NCBI GenBank assembly: GCA_030141605.1
Contig: JAQGDQ010000252.1
Coordinates: forward strand, 1-64,000
Direction of reading: 5' to 3'
Origin: Tubiluchus corallicola
Taxonomy: Eukaryota; Animalia; Priapulida
Length of the DNA: 64,000 bases
Of the stretch, positions 37,801-50,700 are shown piece by piece. The first letter of the stretch is position 1. Each line of letters starts with the position of its first letter. A model generated the notes under the pieces. That model worked only from the letters and a program-made list of their open reading frames with translations. It was not told where the DNA came from and did no database searches. A program made the position numbers and the translations under genes.

Positions 37801-40800
37801 AATTTTTAATATTCAATGACATTCATTAATACATTTACATGACCTAAGTGAAAGCTGTGCTACAGGTGAATTAAACACTTTATGGTAAATACTTTAATGA
37901 CATTAAATACTTACCTCCAACTTAGCAGTGTAATCAGGAAAGAGACTTTTCACATCACTGATAAACCGCTCATGTTGCGGTGTTATTCCGGTAATGCAAT
38001 CAGAATACAGCGAATACTCGTTTAGGCCACTATTGTAGACAATGTCTGCAACATGACTAACCTGAATTGAAAAAAGTGATCATTAGCGATATATACTAGT
38101 GACACCTAAGGATATTCTGTGAATGTCAGATTTTTTGTCAGTTTAATCTCTTTATCTGCTAACTCCAACAAGTTACAAGACAAATAGTAAGAATTTCTTG
38201 CTTTTTAGTATACCATTACCCCATTTATTTTTAATGAAATTAATTGTCTCTCATCTCTTTTTCTCACAATAGCAACATTAAATCTATCTTACTCAAACTT
38301 TATGCTTTCTATAAAATTCTAATGTTATCAGCAACAACTTTAAACACCACAAACAAGCATTTGTAATGCAATACCAAGTACACGAAAATCTTCTGTCTGA
38401 TAATTCCTAAATGGCAAACTCGTTTACTTACATCGCTTTTACATTCTGGGTTTTTGTTTGAAACAAAGTCACAGTTATAATCGCCAGGTCCTTCACAACA
38501 GTCATCTATCAGATCACCCCATAATCTGAAATTCAAATTTATGTAGTATATATACATAATATAATAAGTACAATTGGTTTAAGTAAGTAAGTTTAACAAG
38601 TCAACACCATTTAATATCTAACTAAAGTTGCATACAAAAAACCAGTCTACAAACTCACACGATTCCCTTGAAATTTGCTAATCTATTTTTCACATATAGT
38701 ATCTGTGATTTTTCTGATTCATTATTATATTCAGTGATATGTATTCAAAGGAAACTTTTAAGCTAGAATAAAATAAAAAATAGGTGTTATAAAAGTGGTA
38801 GCTTTCAACACCTTTTCATACTTTACGGTGACAAATAATAAACAGAAAGTAAGTACAATAAAAGAAAATGTTTAGTCATTGTCGTTGTGTCAGTCGCGAT
38901 CATACTTAATGAAATGATATAAAAACTTTAAGGTCACATATTCACTTATTTTCAAAATAAAAAGTGCTACAGTATGTGATTAACAGTCACTTATTTTCAA
39001 AATAAAAAGTGCTACAGTATGTGATTTAATTTCAAATAATATATAATAAGCTTCAGCATTAAGACTTAAATCTAACAGAAACAAGTTAGACTCGAACTAT
39101 TGGTCGAGGAACTCAATGACTGTACTCAAGACTGCGGATAAAAAATCTGTTTCAGTTAATAGATGTGAAATTTGTTCTAGTATATTCGTTCGCAGGTTTA
39201 GATTTAGGTTTTTAGATTCTTTAGAAAATGAGGTCAATGTATACATCTTGAAAGTCTGACTCTGCTTCGTGACAGCCCGCTGTGAATTACTGGAGTTGTA
39301 GACTTTTCGAAACTGATGTTATCGCTGCCATCTTGAACTCAAAATGGCAGATCAAGAATCTAATGCAGAATTTATTCTAGTATGTCCGCATGAAGTTTCA
39401 TGACAATCCACTGCAAATTGGTTGAGGCCTAGGGTTTTTTCAAAAGTAATCCCATGAACAGCAAGAACAACAACACGAAAATAAAAAAAAAGTAGTAATC
39501 TGGGGTTGCTCCCTTGTAGTAAAAGATCTGCTTTAAAGATCCAAACTCAGCAACTATAAACTAAAACTGTTGTCCCAAGAATGAAATTTAAAACAGAAAT
39601 AGAAACCTTATTTACTAATGCATAGCTTCTAAGAGATAATACATCAAACTTACTTGTCTCCAAACAGACCATGGTAATAAGCAAAATAGACAATGCTTTG
39701 TCGAAGATACTGGAAACTGGTGACACCATTCCCAACAGCAAAGCCCTAAAAAGTATAAGCAAATAAAGTCTTGAATAATAAACTATAAAAGGGTTTTAAC
39801 TAAGCTAACTTACATGCTTGTTATCTCTAAGGCTGAATCCTGAGAATGCCCATGAGAACGAGTACAATTGCATAAGTCAAACCACATTATTCAATATTGT
39901 AGATGTCAACTTATGAAGGCACAAATAATTTTTTTATAAATACAATTCTTTATTGTTCACCAATTTACAAAGGATCTTCATGAAATTTCACACGGACATA
40001 GTAGAACGAACTGTGCATTGATTGAGGTTTGAATGATTTCTGATCTTCCGTTTTGAGATCAAGAAGGCAGCGATAATGTCATTTTTGAAAAAAGCCTAAA
40101 GCTCTGTGAATTTGCAACGGATCATTACAAAACTTTTTAGGAATATACTAGAATGAATTCCTCATTGACTGACGGAGTCAGACTTTCGATCTATCTATTT
40201 TATTTCGAGATAGAAGCAACGACATTGTTGTCGAAAAAACCTAAGGTTCTGTCAATTTGCAATGTATCATCACAAAACTTTACAGGATTACACTTCAAAT
40301 TAGTTTCTTATTTAAAGATAAAAACAAATAACTGTGATGCTAAGTACTTTTTTTTTAGATATCTTACCTTCAAGTTCATAGAAACGTTACCATTGGCTAC
40401 TCTAACTGCAAGTGTAGGTACGTAAATACCACCATAACTTTCACCCGTGATATAAAAATCATTCTTTACAAATTGGGGATATTTCTTGAAGAAATCCTGT
40501 AATGCCAGGTAATTGTCCAGAGAAACCTGTTAAAGAGAAATCAAATTCTTGACACACAAAACAAAGTTTTAAAGATGATTGTCCAAAAGCATGGCATTAA
40601 ATTGTTTTCAGGACTTTAACTATGGTACATTCATATAGTGAAAATAGAAACCTCTTAGCTAAACTGTAACTACCTTGCTGTTTTCAGATGCAATAAAATG
40701 ACTAGTAAAAGATGCAGTTTTTGAAACATATAAATATCAGCAAGTCTTAAAGGTGTTTCATCTTTCTGTATTTAGTACCATAATAGGTGCTGTTTACAGG

Positions 40801-43217
40801 CTAAGGAAGGAAAGTGGTTAATTTCCATTGCTGTTGAGGAAAAAGTAATGCCTTTAAGTGGTACCTTTCTGCTAATTTTTACATTCTTTATGTTCACCTA
40901 TTTCCCTCTTTGGGGAGAATGTATACACAAGTTAGCAAGCATAAAACAACTCTACCAATTCAGTGTTTTGTCTAGAAAGGATTATTCTTGATAACAGGCT
41001 AGTCTTAAGTCCTAACATAACTTGACAACATTAGTAGTAGGTCCTGTCACTGAGTGCCGATTTCTGGCATGCAGTGTGCTGCTAACCTGTAAAAATGAGT
41101 GGCAATTTTTAAAAATGATCTTAGATTCTCAAATTTCAATTAAGCACCTTTTTTGATTCCAAAGGTTCTTACTAGTCGCATTACTGTCTTTATAGGCAGC
41201 AATAGTAAGTAGTAAGTACATTTAGACAAACAAGTAAACTAGTACAGAGCCAACATCAAAAAGAATAATAGCTACAATAAACTAACTCAGGACATGGATT
41301 AATTGTGAGATTGCATTATTAACAAAATACATTGCAGATATTTTAATTCAGTCAGAGAGATATATTCTGTGGTGAATCAGCTTGTAACCTAGCTCGAAAC
41401 TAAAACATTGCAATTAATGTTTATGATGAAATAAACAAAAAATCCAAGTTATTAATTATTTATAATCAGAAAATAATAATCACATTTGTAAAAATCAGTG
41501 TTCAGTCACATATAAGAACTATAATTATTATCTCGAGATAAACAATCAAGTGCACGAAGTTGTTTTTTGAAGTAATAAATCATCTAAATAAAATACTTTA
41601 TCGTCATCTGTGGCATATTTTTTATCATCAGAATAGGAAAATCCAACGCCAGCTGGAGACTCCAAAAATATGACATTGGCTATCTAAACAGACACAAAAT
41701 ATTAATGTTAGCATTTATATATGCCTTGATTTATACGTAATCACGTACAGTACATGTATAAACACTCATTTGCAAAAGTAAACAAAGTGACAAAAATAAA
41801 AACAATGGGCAACTAAGTAATGGCGCACATATTCATAATGCTATAAGCTGTTTACAGGGGCGCAACAAGACTTTACGACACCCTAGGCTGATGGTGCTGC
41901 CCACCCATCTCTATTGTGAATTTATGGTAGTTTATGTAATCAGTTTAAACATTTAGTTGTGGTGTATTAGAAACACTATTAACCTAGTTTCTATGTAGTC
42001 ATTATTAATCACATATATTTGCATAACACCCATGTTCAAGCAGGCGGTGTAACTGCTTGTTGTGAAATACCTTGCTCCTGTTCTTTATGTGGCGCTTATA
42101 TAAAACCAGAGCTTAGTAACTGCCTGTGGTTTGTTATAAAATGCACCCTTTACATGAATGTGAAAGTGTACACATTTTCCGAGAAGAATAAGAATTTTTT
42201 CTAAAATGCCCTCAAACTTTGGTGCTCTAGGTAGGCTATAGCCTAGTTAGCCTATTGGTTAGTACATCCCTGGCTGTTTAAGATATAAATGGTCAAAATC
42301 AAAGTTCAGCAGAAGGCAAGCAACAGACAGTAACAATAAATAACACAGATGTTACTTTTGACTTGCAATAGCTTATAGTGTTATCCATTTCCCCTTTAAA
42401 ACAGCTGAATTCAATGAAAACCATCATTTGAAGTGATTTTAAACATTAATATACCGTGTTCCAGCTATAAGGATTTACAGTGAGTGTTGCTCCATCAGAT
42501 TTGACCCAGAACGGACCGAGTTCAGATAAAAAACCATCCAGAGAGCTACAGCCTGGTCCACCATTGAGCCATAACAGTAACGGGTCCTTGGCAGGATTAT
42601 TTTGTGATTCGACAAACCTAAGTTAGCAGTACAAAGAAAATTTGTGAAAGCTTATTGCATCAAAATAGTGTTATGATGTTTGTGACATTTTAGAAAGTTG
42701 GTGCACATTAACCAGAGTTCCTGAATGCAGTTCTGTCCTTTGTTTGTGGCATTGTCTACGTAGCAAAAACAAAAGTTTTTTGCAAACAAAAAGTATTGTA
42801 TATCAATATCCAATAAAAGAAACATTTCATCTCATTATTCTTAAGGTGGGAGACTCAATATAGTATGCTTTAATACAGGCAAACTTAAATCCAGGTGGCA
42901 CCTATTTTACCTATTCTTTTCAACACAGGTTGTCATTGTTACATTTTTACGTAGCAAAGGCAAAACTTAAGCAAGACTTGTTGTCGTACGCATAGAGCAT
43001 ATGAGCATAACAAAATGTTATTTGCATTATTAGTTTCTTACCAATAGTGAAGCTTCTTGCTCCCTGATGCAGACAGGTAACCAGAATAATGTTTGAAGTT
43101 TGGCTTAAAATGCAGTCCAGGAAGATTAGTCACTTCATCAGGATTGTGGGATGATGGACTCCATCCTTGTACCAAACATAAGATCAGAACAATCCAAAAC
43201 GCTGGCTCTTTTATCAT
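31871..43217 (-). CDS. CTSA: Lysosomal protective protein / cathepsin A (serine carboxypeptidase S10), 11 coding exons, ~471 aa
   Basis: Exons 43217-43042, 42617-42455, 41683-41597, 40526-40368, 39745-39654, 38525-38432, 38061-37915, 35537-35374, 33242-33083, 32854-32765, 31954-31871. Signal peptide; [33 protein letters not shown] (catalytic Ser), [10 protein letters not shown] (Asp), GAGHMVP (His). Confidence 0.96.
34077..34607. mobile_element. hAT-type MITE (same family as 41855-42272)
   Basis: 11-bp TIRs CAGGGGCATAT / ATATGCTCCTG; both ends homologous to 41855-42272; no intact TSD. Confidence 0.7.
36783..37008. repeat. Local direct duplication (~85-bp unit, ~142-bp period) in a CTSA intron
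   Basis: caaacttttttgcagttgcagtta(c/t)tactatcaattacaaacat... occurs twice. Confidence 0.85.
38942..39027. repeat. Tandem duplication of a ~40-bp unit
   Basis: tcacttattttcaaaataaaaagtgctacagtatgtgatt occurs twice. Confidence 0.9.
39079..39520 (+). mobile_element. HINE/DINE-like repeat copy
   Basis: AAACAAG start, 5' hairpin CTCGA..TCGAG, internal ttctagtat...aagtttca units, AAC-rich tail. TATTGGTCGAGGAACTC (39098-39114) is the exact reverse complement of 59324-59340. Confidence 0.55.
39960..40290 (-). mobile_element. HINE/DINE-like repeat, internal units
   Basis: gatc.tca(t)gaaa(c)tt...atatactagaatgaattc units, as in 7480-8010. Confidence 0.5.
41855..42272. mobile_element. hAT-type MITE with perfect 8-bp TSD
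   Basis: CAGGG...CCCTG termini flanked by GCTGTTTA at 41847-41854 and 42273-42280. Confidence 0.88.
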
Positions 43218-44661
43218 CGTGCCCAAATCTATTTGGATTACATCAGAACTAAATCTTTTGAAAAATAAAACTCACTTTCATTCTAAAAACTACCAATTTG
43301 CTATAAATATTAATTAGAGCTGTTACTAAAACCAAATTATCATTTTCGTTCAACATGAATAGCTATCAAATTGTAAAAATGCTAGAGAATTGGGAATGGC
43401 ATAAGGAATTGCTGTTAAGCTTTCTCTGGTAGATTTTTAAGACGATCTTTTAGCAATTGAAAATCGAGAAATTTTTATTCGACTAGGTAACTCCAAGTTT
43501 TTTAATAAAATTTTGGGAGGTCTTATAATTGTGGTTGAAATAATGTTACTTATAACAACATGTGCATAACAAGTGTTATGTGCAGCATCATTATCACTGC
43601 AACCACATTTTTAATATTTAAAGTTTTAGAAACTCTGTTCAGTTTTTATTTAAAAACCTATCTTAAGTTTGCAAATCTATTAAAATATGACTATCGTACT
43701 GTTTTACAAGTTATGTCTTGCATTAAAATTGTTTTTTTCAATTAAAACACAGCAGCTGCTAACTGCATCATGGCAAAAGTGCTTTGAAATCATTAAACAA
43801 AAACTTCAGATAGGCCACAGGATATCATAGGTAAATGACTGTCTTATAGTGAAATCACACTAATTACTATAATTTTACATGTATCATAAGCTGACATTAG
43901 AGCTGGCAGTTAAGCCATGGACCATAATGTCTACGGTTAGGCACTATAATGTACTTTATTACGTTCGGCTAAATTTCGTTTTGTCAAAATTAAAGCACCT
44001 ACTCTGGTTAACCAAGTGGACTTGGTAATTAAGAATAGAAAAGAATATAATTTATATGCCTTCCAGATAATGACAGAATAGTACATAACAATAAACTGCA
44101 CACTTTAACGAAGGGAGGGATGGCGAAAGACCAAATGGTCATCTAGTCTGCCATTCCTAGTAAACAGTGACTATTAACTATGAATTTATTTTCACACATC
44201 AAAAAATACAATATCAAACACATCAATAAATTTAAAATAAAATTATTTGAGTAGTGCAAGGTGAGTGTACGACCATACGGTCATTAACACACTCACCTTA
44301 CTTAAATGAAAAAATGATTATAATTATGCATGCACCTGTAGATAACTTCAAAATGTAAAAAAGGATGAAGTAAATAATGTAAGAATAGCAGTGGTATAAG
44401 AGCAATATACAGAAAATTGAGTAAGGAAAACATAATATGTAATTACGACTTTGAGTGAGCCTTAAAGAGTGAAAAATTTTAAATAGTTACGAATTTGAAT
44501 TATCTGATTATCTGTCAATGCACTAACAAGCAGTAATAACTACATATTTATATGGTAATGTATATTGTTAATTCCACAGAAGAGAACCATAATGATCATT
44601 TAAAGCTGTCAGTTAGTATGGGGAACTCTTTATAATATTCTAAATCGATATACAGAGTAGA

Positions 44662-44719
44662 TATATATATATACACACACACCCACACGCACGCATGCAC
44701 ACACACACACACACACACA
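44662..44719. repeat. (TA)n-(CA)n compound microsatellite
   Basis: Direct inspection of the sequence. Confidence 0.9.
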
Positions 44720-45414
44720 ACTCCAGCCCCATATTTTACTTGTAGCAATAACTATAATTGCACATAACATTTAAATGTAACTGATGGTAGTAACGTAGCC
44801 ACCATAACCATTAAAGATAGGCTATGGGGGGGGGGCAAATTATAAGAATAAAAGTGATTTGTTAGCAAAATGAATGCTACAATAATACATTCAAAATTTT
44901 TTGTTTCATGAGGAAAATAATGTTGATTATATGTGGGCGAAGAGAGGTTATATTATAAGTCGTTATAACCAAATTATTTTAACAAATATGGCTATTAGGA
45001 ACAATCGCAATACCATAATATGCATATAATATTATGAGTAATGAAGAGAGAGGGGCATTCATTGGCAAAGTATGATTCTTAATCGAAATTAGAACTAAAA
45101 TAATATATTCGATTGTACTATGTGAAAGATAATGATACTTTTCTCACATAAATTAATTAGTCAAACTAATCAAGCAAATACTCTGCTGGTTATAAGCAAA
45201 GAGCATTCAAGGGCTATTTTCCAAGTGGAAACAGATACAGATACAGGCTGCGATGAATGAATAATTTCATTTTAATTGGTTTATAGTATACCTTTTATTA
45301 ATAAAAGTAACAAAAGTCGTTATTGTAAAGATACCTATTAGTAAAAGAAAAACACTAGTACAAAAAGATACGTGGACAAAAAAAGAAAAAACTCTGGTCT
45401 TCTACGCCAATGAA

Positions 45415-46005
45415 TATTTACTAATTAAAAACATCTTATATTGCTTGGTAGCTATTTTTAAAGAAGGAGAGGAAATGATTGTGTTGGGCACACTATTCCA
45501 CAAAATAACTCCATTGTGCTGTAGGTATTTAAGCCATACACTCAGTTAAATTGCATTTTAAAATAGTGTCCCATACTGGAAGACCTAGTATAGTGAGAGT
45601 GAACGTCTTCGATTAAGGTAAAGTAGTTAGCATATAGTTCAGGCAACTGTCGGCTATTAAACTTATACATGAATTTAAATAATTTAAGATTAGAAATATT
45701 TTCAATAAACTAAGGTGTATGTACGATGGTGTCGCATGGTCTCTGTAAATGGCGAGAGTCATGTCTTTAACTATTTTATTCTGCACTGTTAATAGTGGTT
45801 GTGATAAATATTTTTTGTTTGCCACCAAGACAACACGCAATATTGCAGATACAGATAGACTAATGCATGGCAGATCATTTTCAAAATAGGCAAATTAATA
45901 AAATGTCTTAACTTTGCAAAAATACCAGCTGTTTTGTTTAATTTTGTTGCTGTAGAGGAAATGTAGGTAGAGCACTTTATATTGTTATCAATATGCAACA
46001 CAAGT
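45415..46005 (-). mobile_element. 5'-truncated CR1/L2-group LINE ORF2 3' end
   Basis: IDNNIK...KLNKTAGIFAKLRHFIN..ILKMICHALVYLYLQYCVLSW; L.TVQNKIVK...HATPSYIHLSLLK; GVILWNSVP. Confidence 0.8.
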
Positions 46006-46230
46006 TAAATCTACGAATTTCTGTACGGCGAATAAACATTATTAATATTATAACGAAAATAATGGCTATTACAAGTATTAGTATTACTAATACTATTACT
46101 AGGAGTAAATACAAATCAAAATTAAATTGATGGGAAGCAATTGTATAAAAAATATGTCAATTTACGCAAAACGAAAAAGCTGTATTCAATATGAAAAATA
46201 AGATTTTAATTTCTCTCAGAATAACTTGAA

Positions 46231-46300
46231 ACTTACTCAAACCACAGATCTTGAGAAACACTCATGCACTACAATCGTCACGTGCGATTCACCTGACTGA
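46231..46300 (-). promoter_or_regulatory. Putative CTSA promoter / non-coding first exon with CLEAR-like E-boxes
   Basis: Minus-strand donor GTAAGT at 46236-46231; GTCACGTG at 46277-46284 and GTCAGGTGAA (minus) at 46297-46288; pyrimidine tract plus AG ~30-40 nt upstream of the CTSA ATG. Confidence 0.5.
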
Positions 46301-47783
46301 TTTTTGAAGTGGCAGCTAATGACTTGTCTTTACCGCCATCTATTAACAACATTAAAACTTGTGAAAAAGTTACTGTTGCGGTTTATGCAGAAAACATCGC
46401 CCGCGCCTATCTTAAAAGCCAAAGTTAAGCAAATTAGTTATTTAAAAATTAATAAAACGTTGCTATGTTGGTGTGATGGCTATGGTAAACAATTATATTC
46501 TCATGCAAAATGAACCAGGTCATGTTATTTGATATTGATCATACTTTGAATAAATGAAGAGCATTAATTGAGCAAGTCTTGTTTTACCATAGCCAGTTTT
46601 TACAGTTGAAATTACAGCTGATATCAAAAGGCATATACAAACACATATATTAAGTAAATACTTCTATTATATTAATACCGATTACAACTACATACAAGCT
46701 TACATGAATGATCAGGAAAAAAACAGATTGTCCAATCTGATGAAAAAAATAATTACAATAACACACAACTCGTGTTCAGTTAAACAAAATATTGCTGCAG
46801 CCCTGCTCAATTTAACAAACTAACATTCTTGGTACAGTAGCAAATTATATTCTAACTTAAGCAGTTTTATTATTAAAGCCCATCTTGTCAATGTTAAAAA
46901 CAATAGTACTGTACATCTGTATTATCATATTATAGCTTACAGTATTTTACTTTACAGGATGTACATTATCTCAGCGGCATGCTAACAAACAGTATGTGTA
47001 TTGTTAATTACACTGATCCTTAAGCAATCACTTGTGCATAACAAATGCATGTTATAAACTATGACAAAGTTCTATTTCAATTCTTTAGCAACTGATAGAT
47101 GGGAAGACAAAAACATGTTTAATTAACTGCAATATTTCAACTAAACAACAGACAAAAATGACATCAACCTACAGCGATACAAAAGATTCTGCTAGCATAA
47201 GATTTTGATGGCATGTAAATTGAGTTTTATTTGCAAATAAACACAGTAAACAGTCTTTTTCAAAGACAAGAATGTAGTGATGTATAAACCACTTATATTA
47301 GGGTGTGTGTCGCACAAATTGACAAGCGAAAAAAAACATTTAAAGTAAAATAAAATCATAGATGCACAACTGCAAGTACAGTCTTATATAAGTAATGTCG
47401 TCTCAGAACATTAAAAGTCAGGTATTCAAAACTTGATGAAGAAGCAGGGCTCATATATAAGTGAAATATACATCAAAAATTCACACACATAATCTAATTT
47501 TCAACAATGAAAATATACTTCTAATTGCATGTTAGAAATGAACATTTCTGATTATTTAAAAATACAAAATGGATGACAAAAAAAGAAGCAATCAATTTGA
47601 AGGTATCATCACATACACGATGGCATGAAAATTTGAACAATTTCTTTGATATCTAAACTTGCACAGAACACGACTACATTAAGGGAACCCATCATGCACA
47701 CTGTCCTCTGTTTCCGTTGATTAGCATGAATTGTATAATTTACTTGATTATTTTGTTAATCAATGACCAAACTGGTAGAGTAA

Positions 47784-50700
47784 TTAATGAGTTTCCTGAT
47801 CTCCCATTGACTGTGACTGCTGCTTCGGTTGCATACATGATCTTGCAACAGACTCAAATAATCTGTCAAATAAACAAAAATCCATTTTGTAAATCTAAAC
47901 AAAGAAAATTAAAAACAATAAACTTTTATTTGCTGACTGCACAGAAATGATTGCCAGGCAAAACAATGCAAGCAAACTGACAAAATATGAATTGGCAATG
48001 CAGGTATGTGAACAAGTTAAATAACATATACGATCTTTTGGCATCCTTTAGTTGAGTTCAGTGATTTAATGAATGTAAATGACATTTGCCTGGTTGAACG
48101 AGGTTGTCTTACTATACAGGGTGGTTTCTTTAGCAAAAACAATGAGTAATAGTACAGAACAATTTATTATATCAAAATATTGATGAAACAAAAGCAAATC
48201 TATCATGGTCTCAAAATTTTGTGTGGAAACCGCAACCGCACCTACAATTTTGAGGGCTGTGATTGAAGCACTAACTCAAAGCACTATAAAATACTCTACT
48301 ACATCTTACACATGTCTCACAAACATACACGTTGAATAAGGATCAATGGCATGTTTTTTATCATCCTAGCATCCACTTATTCCAATGGATAATGCCAATG
48401 TGTTTGACAGGCTTAAGGACTGGGAAATATCCAGGCCATTCATTCAAGTCACTGATTCAAACTTTCCCCTACAGACTGCAGGCTGTACAAGGCAAATTTT
48501 CACATTAAATTTTGAGGGTATGATAAATTCTTGACTGTTTCTGCAATAGTCTGATGTTAATAAATTGCTCAGGGTTGTTGCTCATTGTTTTTGTACCCGC
48601 TCCCCCTAGCGAAAAGCAATTTACCACCGTGTATAATACAACATTATTGTCAGCAGTCGTGCAACAATAAACAAAATACAAAAAACACGATAATAAAACA
48701 ATTTACTAATTGCTGCTATCCTGATTAATGTTTTTCACACAATTCAGCATCAGCAACGTAGCACTCACTGTCATGGGCACCTTAATGTAGGTGTGGTTGT
48801 AACTAGACCAGAACTGAACTTACAATCAGAGACAATTAGTGGAGATGTGAGATTTCACTGGAAGAGACATCTTAACCACGCTTGGATGCTTATATGCCCA
48901 TTCAATGAGAGCACTAAATGACAATGGTACGGCAAATGAAAATGCCCAAAGCAGTTTTTGAATTCCTTATAACCATATTCATTACCTGATTGATTCAGCA
49001 TCGTTCAACTTCAGTCATGAAGCATATGTGCACACGCGCACGCACGCACAAACCCACCCAGGCAGCCGGCCGGCCAGCCACACGCACACACACACACACT
49101 ATGACTACTCAGCTATTTCTCTGAGTAAAAGAAAGTAAAAAGAAAAACAGGCTGAAACTTACTTTTCAATTTCCGGAGCACATCTGACAAAGTCATGGTT
49201 CCAAAACTTAAACGTTGGATTCTTGATCAGCTCTATGAATGTAATAAGGAGACCCCATGGATGAGGTCGGTTGACTATCATTCGTTCAAGAAGAACCCTG
49301 CAAAACAACGAGCTTTTGATGTTCTTCACTACATGTACATGCAAGCAACTTTTACTTAAACAGACAACTCTTGTTTTATTATGTGCCTAAAGCATAGAAT
49401 TGGCAAATCATCAAGTATTAAGTGAAAAATGAGTTATGTGATTAATTTTAGAAAACTAATGCCACTGATTAAATTGATTAGAACCCATACTAGAAACAAC
49501 AGGTGCACAGGGAAATGCGGTGAAAAGTAGTTTGGAAAAAGAAATGGGTGCCGAAAACCAATAAGCTAACGTCTCATTATAGTTGAATATGTGAGAATAC
49601 TACAGGTTCTACTTAATTAGCTTAATTACTGATTTTGAAACTTGCAGACTAAATAAATTTTACAACGTAAGCAGTTGTAAAAAAAATAAAATGGTCCCGT
49701 GATTAAAGCACAAAACGCAAAAATCATATTAGTGCTCACATGCCACGAGTCACGCGTAAACGAAAAGAGGAGTGTACAAAAACGACGATTCTCTTGTAAT
49801 AAGGAAATCACAATTTTCTTATCGACTGGAACTGGTGGACTTTTGACCACTCAACCTAGTGGGCGCTATTACACTTTCGCACCGCCTAGCTTTTTCTAGG
49901 TTATTACTCGTTTTTAGGCTCGTAAGTCATCATTCTATTATTCTTACGTCATCAGTGAATGTTTCCGCTAATCTAATTGTAATTTAATAATATATTTAGG
50001 TATAATTACCAATAATTACGCTGTATTCACAGTTCTACACCTATACAGGGCGTATCGCCATCTTGTTGACGAATTTCGTACTAGTTTATGCATTATCAGG
50101 GCCTAGCTTAAAAGGCACGTGACACACTTTCATCTTCACCGCATTTACGAAATAAAGAAAAAAACCTTTACTTTTTTATAATCTAATAGTAATAATACTG
50201 CAGTAATAAATAAAATTAATGATAAATAACTGCAGTGGTCTAAAATAATTTCCCGCGATACGATACAAACTCCCGTAGCTGCAACCCTAATAATCATAAA
50301 TTATGCGAAGAAACTAAAAATACAGGTTAAGGGCCACACACGTCACTGCGCGAGAGCGATTGCGCATCAGTGATGTAAACACGGTTATTCACGTGCAGCT
50401 TTTAATGGCGGCTGTAGGTAAGTAATGCATGATTTTAATCTGGACTTATAAAGCGCAAGAAGCAATAATATTATGGGAATATGGTGTATATTACGCCTGT
50501 TGGTCTGCTTTCTGGCCTGCAGGCGTGAAAACAACCAATAGGCCAGGAAAAGCTAGGCGGTGCGAAAGTGTAATAGCGCCGACCTAGTGGTAATGTGCAC
50601 TTATGTTACAAAAATATGAAAAAAATAAGTTCTATTATACCTTGTAATCAACTCCTGTAACTGTTCATTATTGGCCTCTGCAAACAGGTAGAGAAGAGTG

